A stretch of DNA of 64,000 bases, from contig OX597831.1 in assembly GCA_951406725.2 (NCBI GenBank), positions 74,524,001 to 74,588,000 of the forward strand, read 5' to 3'. The notes below the pieces were generated by a model, which worked only from the letters and a program-made list of their open reading frames with translations, was not told where the DNA came from and did not search any database. Shown here in pieces: positions 23,928-37,611 of the stretch (position 1 is its first letter; every line of letters starts with the position of its first letter). Origin of the DNA: Octopus vulgaris (taxonomy: Eukaryota). Made by a program: the position numbers and the translations under genes.

Positions 23928-25516
23928 ATAACTTTTTATTGTAGCCACACAGGGCTAAACACAGAATAAAAATGGACGTAATACAATGTAGAATTTTTTC
24001 TTTTCGAGGTGGGATGGGTGGGGCAAAAAAAAAAACAAAAAAAAAACGTTTGATCAATAGGGATCTGTGGGTTGTGTGGTGTATAAAAAGCAATATATAT
24101 ATATATATAAGGTTCACAGTTTAGGTGTAGCCTTGGAAAGAAAAACCTACAAAAAAGACCAAGGTCACCTCAGGCAATTCGAAAAAGAACACATGAGTAA
24201 GTCGCCTTACTTCTCGTTGTCTCTTTTGGTTACAGATTTATGCTTAAAATAGTGTCGTCTTTCATACTGACCATTTTTGCCACTTTTACCCACTTTTTAT
24301 TAAAAAATTCGTTCGACAAAGCCTTCCTCTTTATTCTCATCCTCCTTTTCAAGTGGTAGTTGAAAAAGTTGACGAGAGACTGACCAGAGAGGAAAGTGTT
24401 TGTTTGTAGGCCTTTCAAACGCGTCCACCACACACATTCTTTCGCCATTGCTATCAGTGTTACGAAAACTGTTTTTCCTTCCCGTTTAAAGGAAGGTGGC
24501 GGAACAATATTCACGATAGACTCGGCTGATAAGAGGGACCGTCCCACACGCGACACCAGCTGTTCGACGAAGGTCCACAGCTCTGAAGTATCTGAACACT
24601 GCACGAGTGCGTGCAGAACGGTTTCGTCGCTCTGATCGCATCTCGAGCAGGTCGGTCCGGTGGTCTTCGAACCGTGTCTGTAGCTCTTCTCTCGAACTGG
24701 TAGTGCGTCTCGATAGCATTGCCAAGCCAGGGATATTTGGAAGTTATCTATCGGCCCTGATCCAAACGTCATCCTGAAAAGGCGGGTTAGGAATTTTTCG
24801 TCGACGCCCAGGTTTGCCCCGAGTGTGTCGTCGGACCTCCCATCCACTAGTCCTCTATAGAACGCGTTGGTCGTTTGGAAGTTGCACAAGTTTGAACCCG
24901 GGCGGCAGAGCTGCTGTAGAGCTTGGCGACACTCTCGGTGCCAATCGCCCAGTTTCGGTCTCTTTTTGATCCATGTTTGCAGTTCGGTCAGTGAGACGAG
25001 CTGCGGGAAAGCGCGCTCACAAACGGCGCCCACACCTGTTCACCGTCGTCGAAGAAGTTCCAGAGATGCCGCAGTCTCAGCGCATGCCTGCACCTCATTA
25101 ACCACGGCATGTCCAGTCCTCCATTTAACGGATGTTAACAGCAAATGGATCGCCTCACCATCGGAACGCCACCCTTCCACAGAAAGCGGAAGAGTATGCG
25201 TTCTAATTTCGTGATGGTAGCATCGGAACAAGGCACGACGGTCAGGCGGTAATCGATGATTGATGCGATATACGCATTAGCCACCTCCGCCCGACCTTTT
25301 AGAGACAGCTTTCTCTCGGCCCACATTTGGCTGAGAGCGACCACTCTACTCTTGATCTCGTCCCAGTTTTTATCCATTTGGAGGTCCAGACTGAACCAGA
25401 CCCGAGCAATTTAACCGGTCCGTCCGTCCAGCGTCCCACTACTGAGTCGCTGTTGGGCGGTATGGGCTTGCTTCTCCAGGTGCCGAGTAGCAAACCCACT
25501 GACTTTTCCGGGTTAT
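23928..25516 (-). pseudogene. L1/Tx1-clade LINE, 5'-truncated ORF2 (post-RT region plus zf-RVT CCHC) and 3' UTR
   Basis: WAERKLSLKGRAEVAN, LFRFLWKG, CSRCDQSDETVLHALVQC; frameshifted; flanked by (TCTA)n on both sides. Confidence 0.9.
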
Positions 25517-25639
<123 letters not shown>

Positions 25640-26116
25640 CAAAAACACATGGTTTCATTATTTCCTTCCTTTTATTTTTTGACTTGTTTCACTCATTGGA
25701 GTATTGGGCCATGCTGGAGTACCGAATTGAAGGGTTTAGGCAATCGGATCGACCTCAGAACTTACCATTAAGTCAGGTACTTTTTCTGTCGGAATGTCCA
25801 AGTTTCGGGGGCGTAAATACATTTTTTACTGGTTGTCAAGCGGTGGATGGGACAAACATACACACACACAAGGGGAAACATACGCACACACACACATACA
25901 CACGCAAACACAAAACACACACATTCACACACACAAGCACACTAGTAAGCACATAGATGCAAAACAAAATGGAAACTAGAAAAGCCCTCGGAAAGCGCAG
26001 ACGTCCACCAAGCAGCTCATTTTCAACCATACACATGCATGCTCAAAATCGCCCAATCTCTCAAACCAACGCCGGCAAAAATATAATCTCTTTGGTGGAG
26101 CGTAAAAAAAAAAAAC

Positions 26117-26278
26117 AGCGCAGGAGTGGCTGTGTGGTAAGTAGCTTGTTTACCAACCACATGGTTCCGGGTTCAGTCCCACTGCGTGGCACCTTGGGCA
26201 AGTGTCTTCTACTATAGCCTCGGGCCGACCAAAGCCTTGTGAGTGGATTTGGTAGACGGAAACTGAAAGAAGCCCGTC

Positions 26279-26339
<61 letters not shown>

Positions 26340-26555
26340 CGTGTGTGTGTTTGTATGTCTGTGTTTGTCCCTCTAGCATTGCTTGACAACCGATGCTTGT
26401 GTGTTTATGTCTCCGTTACCTAGCGGTTCGGCAAAAGAGACCGATAGAATAAGTACTGGGCTTACAAAAAGAATAAGTCCCGGGGTCGAGTTGCTCGATT
26501 AAAGGCGGTGCTCCAGCACGGCCGCAGTCAGATGACTGAAACAAGTAAAAGAGAG
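26117..26555 (+). mobile_element. SINE-B, full length
   Basis: GCGCAGGAGTGGCTGTGTGGTAAG...GGTTCAGTCCC head; >15 full or partial copies in the window. Confidence 0.9.
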
Positions 26556-27314
26556 AGTATATGATTTAAAGAAAAAACCTAACCCTAACCCTAATCTTAC
26601 CAAACTAAACCTACCCACCTACTTTACATCCCTCTGTGGTCAGTATAGAATCAATCATCCCACAAGAGTCCAACATCAGTTGTTGCTACCTCTGCCTCCT
26701 CCTCTGACGCTGCTTTTAGCAACCCTTGAATATGTTAGTGTCATTTAATTTCTGAACTGTTTCGCTGTAGTTTGATATCTTTATCTATCAGTTTCTAATA
26801 AGATAGATACGCGAGTAAAATTACTAATAGAGAAACGAAAATAAAACTTTGGAAACAGCAACGCCACCATAGGTTACGTGAAAACCATGAACGTTGTTTT
26901 CAAGGGAGATAATCAGAGAAAGACTTCAAACAACGTAACATTGTAATACTTCATGTAAAGTAAATATAACGAATGAAAAATCCTTCAAGAATCCATAAAA
27001 ATTCCCGGATCACTACCAAAATTTCATAATCTGTTCCTTGTGTCATCACCAACTTTTCCTGCAAGTTTCACCAAATATTGTTCACAACTTTTTGAGTGAT
27101 TTTGCACGCAGAGGGACAGACAGACAAGCCAACGCCGATGAAAACATAACCTCCTTCCTTCGCGGGAGTGAAAATAGTACTCGAATACCAAAGGTAGAGT
27201 AAAGTACTACTTTATTGAAGCCGAAAAATCTTCAAAAACCGTTACTCTGAGTCTCATGTAACCATTTATCAGTCAGTTGAGATAATACAAACTAGTAAAG
27301 AAATATATATACAT

Positions 27315-27390
27315 TCACGCATACATACATACAAACATACATATCATTACATATATACATACACATACATACATACATACATACATATCA

Positions 27391-27421
<31 letters not shown>

Positions 27422-27559
27422 CATACATACATACATACATACATACATTCACGCATACATATATACAAACATACATGCATACATACATACATACATACAT
27501 ACATACATTCACGCATACATACATACAAACATACATACATACATACATACATACATACA

Positions 27560-27590
<31 letters not shown>

Positions 27591-27840
27591 TACATATATA
27601 CATACACACAAACGCATACATACATACATACATTCACGCATACATACATACGTACCTACATACATACATACATACATGCATACATACATACATACATACA
27701 TGTATACATATTATTACAGATATACATACACACAAACACATACATACATACACACAAACACATACATACATACATACATACATACATACATACATACATA
27801 CATACATACATACATACATACATACATACATACGTACATA
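27315..27840. repeat. (TACA)n microsatellite
   Basis: Direct reading. Confidence 0.95.
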
Positions 27841-28115
27841 CCAATAATAATTAGAGCCCTAGGTTTTGTAAGTAAATGCTTAAAGGAGAATCTGGATAAA
27901 CTGGGATTTTCAGAAAGATAAATTGACCGGCGGATTCGTACATTACAAGTGCAATCTGTGAGTGGAACGGTAAAAATATGCAAGACTTTTCTCAAGTTAC
28001 AAATGTGAATTTGTCTGTGTTAACTACATCCCAAAGATGGAGCCTTGTATCTTTGTTGAAAACCGGCTCCCTCCTCAGTGGAAGATTTATAATTATTAAA
28101 AAATAAAAGACACAC
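27838..28115 (+). mobile_element. RLE-type (R4-like) LINE 3' end in (TACA)n
   Basis: IPIIIRALGFVSKCLKENLDKLGFSER*IDRRIRTLQVQSVSGTVKICKTFL, like RLE C-termini; 3' UTR paralog at 29990-30110. Confidence 0.6.
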
Positions 28116-28572
28116 ATACATATCTGCAAAAACTGTTGTTATTGAACAAGTGTGTAGAAGAAACTAACATGAAATATTTTCTTGGAAGGTTTTAATCTAG
28201 ATCGCTTTGAAGCAGGAAGTTAAAATCGGAAAACCAGTTTCTGTCAAGGTTATATCAAAAGGGTTTAACAGGAAAAATTTGTCAACATCACTTTTCGGCG
28301 TATTTTTATGGATTTCTACGGATATGTTTTTTCTTCGAATATGTTTTTTCTTCGAATATGTTTTTTCTTCGGATATTTTTCAGCGAATATTAAAAATGCT
28401 CCGTTTTTCAGAATTGAAGTTTCGTCTATTGTTATCAAAAACATGCAAGGAAATTAATATGCATAGAGATAAAAAAAATAAAAGCGCACTAACTATGGAG
28501 TCATGATAGTTATACGGTGATAGAGGAAGTGGGGCATGATAATTGAGCTGTTGTTGTGGTTGAGGTGGTAGA

Positions 28573-29060
28573 CGTATGTATGTATGTATTTATGTATGTA
28601 TGTATGTATGTATGTATGTATGTATGTATGTATGCATGTATGTATGCATGTATGTATATATGTATGTATGCATGTATGTATGTATGCATGTATGTATGTA
28701 TGCATGTATGTATGTATGTATATATGTATGTATGTATGTATTTATGTATGCATGCATGCATGTATGTATGTATGTATGTATGTATGTATGAATGTATGTA
28801 TGCATGTATGTATGTATGTATGTACGTACATGCGTACGTACGTATGTATGTATGCATGCATGCATGCATGTATGTATGTATGTATGTATGTATGTATGTA
28901 TGTATGTATGCATGCATGCATATATGTATATATTTATGTATGCATGCATGTATGTATGTATGTACGTACGTATGTATGTATGTATATATGTATGCATGCA
29001 TGTATGTATGTATGCATGTATGTATTTATGTATGTATGTATGTATGTATGTGTGTATGTA
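28573..29060. repeat. (TATG)n microsatellite
   Basis: Direct reading. Confidence 0.95.
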
Positions 29061-29431
29061 ACTAGTGGTTTAAATACTCCTCTTTAAATAATTTCATCGA
29101 TCGGTTCTCCTGGATTTTAGCTGCATGGTCACTCAGCATTATACTCCCCTGTACAGGATTATTATGTAGTCTGATAGCCGAGTCCGTCAGATGAGCCCTC
29201 TGTGAAAGCCACACGATCCTATGAATCTATAAATTACTCTACAAATTTAAAAATGCATGTCTTTATGTCTTTCCTTCATATTTATTCAAGTTATTCGTCT
29301 TCACAGAACTCAAAACGGACCCGAAACAAAATGGCAGGGTTTATTGTTTGAGTCAAGACAAGTCTTGGGACTTGTGAATAAGTTAGTAGCTGTGTGTGCG
29401 TGTTTGTGTTTGTGTGTTGTGTGTGTGTGTG

Positions 29432-29469
<38 letters not shown>

Positions 29470-29540
29470 CGTGCGCGCGAACAAACATACATACATATAT
29501 AGATATATATATATACACATACCTACATATATTCATATAG

Positions 29541-29704
29541 AGGCGCCGTAGTTGCTGAGTGGTAAGTAGCTTGTTTACCAACCACATGGTTCCGGGTTCC
29601 GTCCCAGTGCGCGGTACTTTGGGCAAGAGTCTTCTACTATAGCCTGGGACCGACCAAAGCCTTGTGAGTGGATTTGGCAGACGGAAACTGAAAGAATCCT
29701 GTGG

Positions 29705-29793
<89 letters not shown>

Positions 29794-29975
29794 ATCCCCC
29801 AGCATCGCTTGACAACCGATGCTGGTGTGTTTACATCCTCGTCACTTAGCGGTTCGGCAAAAGAGACCGATAGAATAAGTACTGGGCTTACAAAGATTAA
29901 GTCCCGGGGTCGATTTGTTCGACTAAAGGCGGTGCTCCAGAATGGCCGCAGTCAAATGACTGAAACAAATAAAAG
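29541..29975 (+). mobile_element. SINE-B, full length
   Basis: Colinear with 26117-26555. Confidence 0.9.
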
Positions 29976-30187
29976 AATACATACATACACACAAACAAAA
30001 ATACTCTGTTGATGTTGTTGAAATTCCAATAAAGGAGCCTTGGATCTCGCTTAGAAACCGGTTCTTTCTCTATTGGCAAGAAATCTTGAAATAAACTGAA
30101 TAATGACACACATACACACACATACGTACAATAGTATGCGTGTATGTGGGTGTGGGTGTATATACATATATATGTGTGTGTCTCTAT

Positions 30188-30243
<56 letters not shown>

Positions 30244-30340
30244 CCTCTCTATATATATATATATATATACATGACCGCGTGTGTACCGTTGGCGATTTTT
30301 TTCCTTCGTCTTCCCTTCTCTGGATCTTTCCTTTTCCTAT

Positions 30341-30375
30341 GTTTCTGACGAAGAGTTCCGCTCGAAACGTTAAAC
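30341..30375 (+). ncRNA. minimal hammerhead-like motif in Penelope-type terminal repeat (30270-30455)
   Basis: GTTT-CTGACGA-A-GAG-TTCCG-CTC-GAAA-CGT-T-AAAC. Confidence 0.55.
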
Positions 30376-30535
30376 CCCTCCTTCTTCCCTTCCTTCCTGA
30401 GCGTCCTCGCGTTGTTGTGTTTTCTCTTTGTGTTTTCATGTTTGGATTAACTATATATATACATATATATATATAGACATATATATATACACGCATATGA
30501 ACAATACATACATTTTCAGTATATCAATCGACATG

Positions 30536-30594
<59 letters not shown>

Positions 30595-30816
30595 AGAAAC
30601 GTTAAGACGCTGGTTCGGTGAGTGTTGAGAGGTTCACTATCCGGTTAACCAATCACTCCCACCCGTATCTTCATTGTTTGTGTCGCACCCGTATTTCACA
30701 TGAATAAAACGACCTGTCGTTGTGGTAGTGATGGTGGTGGTGGTGGTGGTGGTGGTGGTGGTGGTGGTAGTAGTAGTGTACTAGTATTACTAGTGCTCAA
30801 TGTGTTTGCCTTGCCC

Positions 30817-30859
<43 letters not shown>

Positions 30860-31080
30860 ACATATACACACTACATACCACTCAAACAGACTACATTCAG
30901 TACACATACTGCACCCTATACACACACACGTTGTAGATATATTACACACATACATACAAGAACACACACACTATGCATAATATACCCCACATATGCATAC
31001 ACCCACTACTCGTTACAAAAATACACACACGTACACATACATTCACACATGCATACGCGTACACACTCACAAGAATACAG

Positions 31081-31122
<42 letters not shown>

Positions 31123-32547
31123 ACGCACACACATATACACACTTTATATATACATAGCATACGCAAACATATATTCTCACACACACATGCACGCGCATAC
31201 ACACACACACACACCTTACATACACATAGTACAACACACACACACACACATCCACGTACATCCCACCCCCACATACCAACAGACGTTGCTTTAATCTCAG
31301 ATAACAAACCATGTCACTGTATCGCCGCCATCATCTCTGTCGCCATCACCACCATCACCATCATCGTCATCACCATCATCGTCATCACCATCATCGTCAT
31401 CACCATCACCACGTCTATTACGACCAGCCGCCACTTCCACTCAAACCACCACCATCATCATCACTACCATCATCACTACCATCCTTGCTAAAAAAAAAAA
31501 TCCACATGTACCACCGCCACCAACACCGCCACCAACACCGTCACCAACACCGCCATCTCGGTCTTCTGAATCGTCGCCATTACCACCACCACCACCACCA
31601 CCACTACCACCAATACCACCACCTCCACCGCCTCCACCACCACCAATGCCACCACCACCACTACCAATACCACCACCACCAATACCACCACTTCCACCGC
31701 CTCCACCACCAATACCACCACCACCACCAATACCACCACCACCACCACCACCAATACCACCACCACCAATACCACCACCACCAATACCACTACCACCACC
31801 ACCACCACCACACTACCACCACCATCACCACCAATACCACCACCACCACCACCAATACCACCACCACCACCACCACCACCACCACAACCTTGTTTCTATA
31901 TTTAACATACTTTAACAAAATCTATATTTGCTACAAACCTATCCAACGACAAACCTTTGACCATTCGACTAAAGTGTGTTTAGTGACCTGTGACCTCTTC
32001 CCTCGCCGCGTACCCCATTCCCACCCCATCCCTTCTAGCTCTATTATCTGTGCTTCGAGTCTCCTCGGCCAAGTCTTCCCCAATAAGACCCAGGAATGCA
32101 GAGAGGTGGAGAGGTGGACCACCTCCAGGCCGGCCGGTCGGTCGGTCGGCGCAGCAACCACCATTTTGCTCTGTCACCTTCTACTTGCTTCACTCAGGAG
32201 ACTGCGGCCCAACTGGGCCACTGCTTCGAAGAATATTCCCCGAAGGGATCGACCATAGTATTCTTTTTCTTACTCTTTTATTTGTTTCAATCATTTGACT
32301 GTGGCCATGCCGGAGCACCGCCTATGCTGGAAGAAATTTGCCCCAGGACTTATTCATTGTAAGTCTAATACTTATTCTATCGGACTCTTTGCCGAACCGC
32401 TAAGTTACTGGGACGCAAACACATTAACATTGGTTATCAAGCGATGGCGTAAATATATATATATATATTTCAAAATGTGACCTCGTATGTACCGTTGGCG
32501 ATATTTTTTCCTCTGTCTTCCCTTCTCTGGATCTTTCCTTCTCCTAT

Positions 32548-32582
32548 GTTTCCGACGAAGAGCTCCGCTCGAAACGTTAAAC
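32548..32582 (+). ncRNA. minimal hammerhead-like motif (U4C variant) in repeat 32475-32682, nested in SINE-B
   Basis: GTTT-CCGACGA-A-GAGC-TCC-GCTC-GAAA-CGT-T-AAAC. Confidence 0.5.
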
Positions 32583-32894
32583 TCTCCTTCTTTCCTTCTT
32601 TTCTGAGCGTCCAATAATACTATATTTGTTCCACGTCCTCGCGTTGTTGTGTTTTTTTGTGCTTTCTTGTTTGGATTAACTATATATATATATATATATG
32701 TATATATATGTATATATATATATATGACGGGCTTCTTTGAGTTTCCGACTGCCAGATCCACTCACAAGACTTTGGTTGACCCGAGGCTACAGTAGAAGAC
32801 ACTTGCCCAAGGTGCCATGCAGTGGGACTGAACCTGGAACCATGTGGTTGGGAAGCAAGCTAATTACCACAAAGCCACACTTGGGCTATATATA

Positions 32895-33275
32895 GCGACA
32901 CTCCGTCGATTACGACGACGAGTGTTCCAGTTGATCCAATCAACGGAACAGCTTGCTTGTGAAATTAACGTGCAAGTGGCTGAGTACTCCACAGACATGT
33001 GCACCCTGAACGTAGTTCTCGGGGAGATTCAGCGTGACACAGAATGTGACAAAGCTGGCTCTTTGATTTACAGGTACAACAGAAAGAGGAAGAAAGAGTG
33101 AGAGAAATTTTGGGTGAAAGAGTCCAGCAGAGTTCACCACTACCCCATGCCGGAGCTTCGTGGAGCTTTGGGGGTTTTCGCTCAACGAACACACGCAACG
33201 CCCGGTCTGGGAAACAAAACTGCTATCCTACGACCGCACGTCCGCTGCCTTAACCACTGGGTCATTACACCTCCA
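32895..33275 (-). mobile_element. SINE-A, long-tail subfamily
   Basis: Reverse complement of the 48939-49325 type. Confidence 0.8.
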
Positions 33276-33503
33276 CTTGCACCTATATGTGTGTGTGTGT
33301 GTGTTTGTTTATATGTTGTGTGTATGTGTGTATATATGAATATATATATTTAGGCGCAGGAGTGGCTGTGTAGTAAGTAGCTTGCTTACCAACCACATGG
33401 TTTCGGGTGCGTGCCTTGGATAAGTGTCTTCTACTATTGCCTCGGGCCGACTAAAGCCTTGTAAGTGGATTTGGCAGACGGAAACTGAAAGAAGCCCGTC
33501 GTA

Positions 33504-33591
<88 letters not shown>

Positions 33592-33976
33592 TTTGTTCCC
33601 CCAAAATCGCTTGACAACCGATGCTGGTGTGTTTACGTCCCCGTAACTTATATATATATATTTATATGTGTGTGTATCTATCTATATCTATATATATATA
33701 TATATTTCTTTACTGCCCACAAGGGGCTAAACATAGAGGGGACAAACAAGGACAGACAAAGGGCGAAACTGGTACATTTATTTATCGACCCCGAAAGGAT
33801 GAAAAGCAAAGTCGACCTCGGCGGAATTTGAACTCAGAACGTAACGACAGACGAAATACCGCTGAGCATTTCGCCCGGCGTGCTAACGATTCTGCCAGCC
33901 CGCCTTATATACATACATACATACATACATACATACATACATACATACATACATACATACATACATAATACATACA

Positions 33977-34010
<34 letters not shown>

Positions 34011-34063
34011 CATACATACATACATACATACATACATACATACATACATACATACATACATAA

Positions 34064-34094
<31 letters not shown>

Positions 34095-34095
34095 C

Positions 34096-34167
<72 letters not shown>

Positions 34168-34689
34168 GTATTATGTATGTAAACCGGATGATCAAGAGAC
34201 CCCCCTCCGCTCATCAATTTGTTGTCGTTGTTGCCGTGTAGAAGTCATCAGGTTCACAAGCAGCAACAATAAGAGTGGATCTCTTTAGTGTAACACATCA
34301 AGTTGAACTTTGACCTCTGGACCTATTCTCAGAGACGCTGTCACCATTGATGACCTCTCTCCTCCTCATCTCTCTTCGTATTCCTCTTTCTCTTCTTCAC
34401 TCCCACTGATTACCCCGCCCTTCTCTTCCTACACGCTCATTACCCCATCTGTCTCTCTATATATATGAATTTGGTCAACTTTGCCTTTCATCCTTTCGGG
34501 GTCGATAAATAAAGTACCAGTTACGCACTGGGGTCGATGTAAACGACTTAATCCCTTTGTCTGTCCTTGTGTGTCCCCTCTATGTTTAGCCCCTTGTGGG
34601 CAATAAAGAAATATATATATATGAATTGAGTCGAATTGAATTGGTTTCAGCTCACGTGTCGTGACCAGACTGGGGCACCACCATTCGCT

Positions 34690-35830
34690 GTTTCTACGTA
34701 ACTTTTACTTCACTCGTTCATTTTGAAACTTAGCATTTGGTGCATGAGGGAGTTTGATGCCACCGCCCTCATTTGCACTTCCCACCACGAAGTTGGTTCA
34801 TCTGGGACTCTTGATGGTAAGAGATCTAGTTTCGTTTTGAAGACACCTACATCCACCCCATGCAGGTCTCTCAGGTCCTTCAGGGGGATATTGAAGAGCT
34901 GTGGTCCTTTAAAGTCCAAGCTGTTACAATATCTTGCCCTATATTCTAATGGCAAAGTTGGAGCCCTTGGTACTATGCAGTGACGCCCTGTTCTAGTATT
35001 AGTGTAACTTTCAAAGCCAAAGTTTGGGACAAGTCCCTACAGGATCTTTCATTACGGTATATCCTTCCCACCTACACTCCAGGGAATAGAATTTCAATCC
35101 CTTGAGTCTTTCTCTGTAACTTATATGCTGCACAGAGGCTGTCGATTACATCGACCCCAGTGTGTAACTGGTACTATATTTATCGACCCCGAAAGGATGA
35201 AAGGCAAAATTCCGCCGAGGTCGACTTTGCCTTTCATACTTAATACCTATGTCTGTCCTTGTTTGTCCCCTCTGTGTTTAGCCCCTTGTGGGTAATAAAG
35301 AAATAGCTATCTTCTTCGTGTAGATTCGTTGGATTGCCTCAAGTTCTGCAATAAATTTTACACTGGTTTGGTGACCATAGCTGGAAGCAATAGTCAAAGT
35401 GGCTTAGGACAAATGTCCTCTAGAGGACCATCATGGTTTCCTGATCTCTCATTTTAAAAGTTCTAAGAATCCATCCGGTCAGCCACCTGCATTTCATTGC
35501 TAACTTAGCAACATGCACATGGAAAGATGCATCATTACTCAGGAAAATGCCCAGGCCTCGTACTGACTGTGCCTCTGGGATTGCAATCCCTCCAGGTCCA
35601 GTGTATTTAATGGGTATTGCATTTAGTTTTGCATGCTGGTAACGTAAGGCTTGGAACATTTCAACGTTAAACTGCATGTTATTCTTCTTAGACCACTTGT
35701 ATATTTAATCTAACTCACGTTGCATGTGTATAGCATCGTCACGGTTCTGAATCACCTGTAAGAGTTTTGTATCATCTGCATAACTTGTGATCATGACTCT
35801 CTGTGTAGGTGAGGGCATATCTGCGGAACA
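34690..35830 (-). pseudogene. CR1/L2-type LINE fragment with RT motif
   Basis: ITSYADDTKL, NNMQFNVE, VRGLGI, GPQLFN; interrupted by SINE-C at 35140-35305. Confidence 0.85.
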
Positions 35831-35853
35831 ACTATACATACAAACACACATAA

Positions 35854-35935
<82 letters not shown>

Positions 35936-35960
35936 ATATACATATATACATATATATATA

Positions 35961-36100
35961 TTGTTATATTTCGGAATGGTCATATTGCCAGTTTAGCCAA
36001 TAAAAACACACGCACTATATATTTGTTGTTATTTTGCTTCAGTGATATTTATTTTTTACATTAATCTTAATCTTATTTCGGCCATTCCGAAATATAACAA
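35961..36100. mobile_element. small MITE
   Basis: 19-bp TIR TTGTTATATTTCGGAATGG / CCATTCCGAAATATAACAA with TA flanks. Confidence 0.75.
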
Positions 36101-36167
36101 TATCTGTTTCAACACACGACTTCACATAAAAAATCTTGCACAACAAATATTTAAACGTACATATATA

Positions 36168-36201
<34 letters not shown>

Positions 36202-36235
36202 TATCCTTTTTCCTTAATATATATCTCCTTTTTCC

Positions 36236-36519
36236 GACCAGTCCATCAGATGTAGTTACACATCGCTGGTCACAATGCGTTCGCATTGTTTTAGCCTTCG
36301 AATGACGCCACCCCGCTGGCTAGGCGAGCAGGCCAACAGAAGAAAGAGTGGGAGAAAGAGTGGTGAAAGAGTGCAGCAGGGATCACCACCCACTGCCGGA
36401 GCCTCGTGGAGCTTTTATGTGTTTTCGCTAAATAAACACTCACAACGCCCGGTCTGGGAATCGAAACCGCGATCCTACGACCGCGAGTCCGCTGCCCTAA
36501 CCACTAGGCCATTGCGCCG

Positions 36520-36520
<1 letters not shown>
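36236..36520 (-). mobile_element. SINE-A, short-tail subfamily
   Basis: Reverse complement of the 38265-38555 type. Confidence 0.85.
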
Positions 36521-36568
<48 letters not shown>

Positions 36569-36581
36569 CATACATACATAC

Positions 36582-36612
<31 letters not shown>

Positions 36613-36615
36613 CAT

Positions 36616-36658
<43 letters not shown>

Positions 36659-36703
36659 CTCTCTCTCTCTCCCTCTCTCTTTCTCTCTCCCTCTCTCTTT
36701 CTC

Positions 36704-36734
<31 letters not shown>

Positions 36735-36740
36735 GTCCGC

Positions 36741-37204
36741 CCTCGAGTATAGTCCGCCAGGGGATTTTCAGGAGGCTGTACCTCTGAAAAACCTAAACCT
36801 TGTGTATAATACGCACCCCTTCTCTAACTTCAGTCAAGGAGTTCTGTATTATGTCCTTGGTTTGTAAAAATGTATACGGTAACCTCCTTTATTATTGTTG
36901 TATATATAACATAATGCAAACGTGTAGCCTTTTTGTGCATTTTGTATGCAGAAAATAAAGAAATAACAGTAATAACGTTTAATAAATGTTGCTTACTGCA
37001 AGTTTTGGATGATTCTTTTACGACTTCATAGCTTTCAGGCTTAGCTTAAGGTATTCTCGCGCCCGACATCACAAAATGCGTCTGAATAAACATAGCCAGA
37101 CAGCAAATAGAGACTCGGACATTTTCATTTTTAACCTCTTATATTGTACGTACTAGGGATTTTGACCTTTACTTTTGGGAAAAAAACGCGGATTATACTC
37201 GAGG
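36741..37204. mobile_element. pogo/Tigger-like MITE remnant
   Basis: Inverted CCTCGAGTATAGTCCGC / GCGGATTATACTCGAGG. Confidence 0.65.
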
Positions 37205-37443
37205 ATTTTTAAAATTAATTATATATATTATTTGTTATATATGTATTGGTTTATGTCTATCACTGTTTGAGTTGCGTAATAGTGGTTTCATCTCTTCATA
37301 TTTTATATATTTATACTGTGAATTTGATTTAAAACTAAATTGAATTTTTCCCTGTAAGTTTGGAGTTATACTCCCTATTATTATTATTATTATTATTATT
37401 GTTATTATTATTATTATTATTTTTGTTGTTGTTGTTGTTGTTA

Positions 37444-37477
<34 letters not shown>

Positions 37478-37502
37478 GTTGTTGTTGTTGTTGTTGTTGT
37501 TA

Positions 37503-37533
<31 letters not shown>

Positions 37534-37558
37534 ATTATCATCATCATCATCATCATCA

Positions 37559-37611
<53 letters not shown>

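Noticed and set aside
26576-26596. (CCCTAA) telomere-like repeat
   Set aside because: Only about three units; common within repeats
27235-27290. Hammerhead-shaped motif on the minus strand (CTGATAA..GAGA CTCAGAG TA)
   Set aside because: Both core boxes mutated; at best a dead copy
31311-32258. His/Pro/Thr-rich ORFs resembling extensin or formin
   Set aside because: (CAC/CAT)n microsatellite; no domain or splice support
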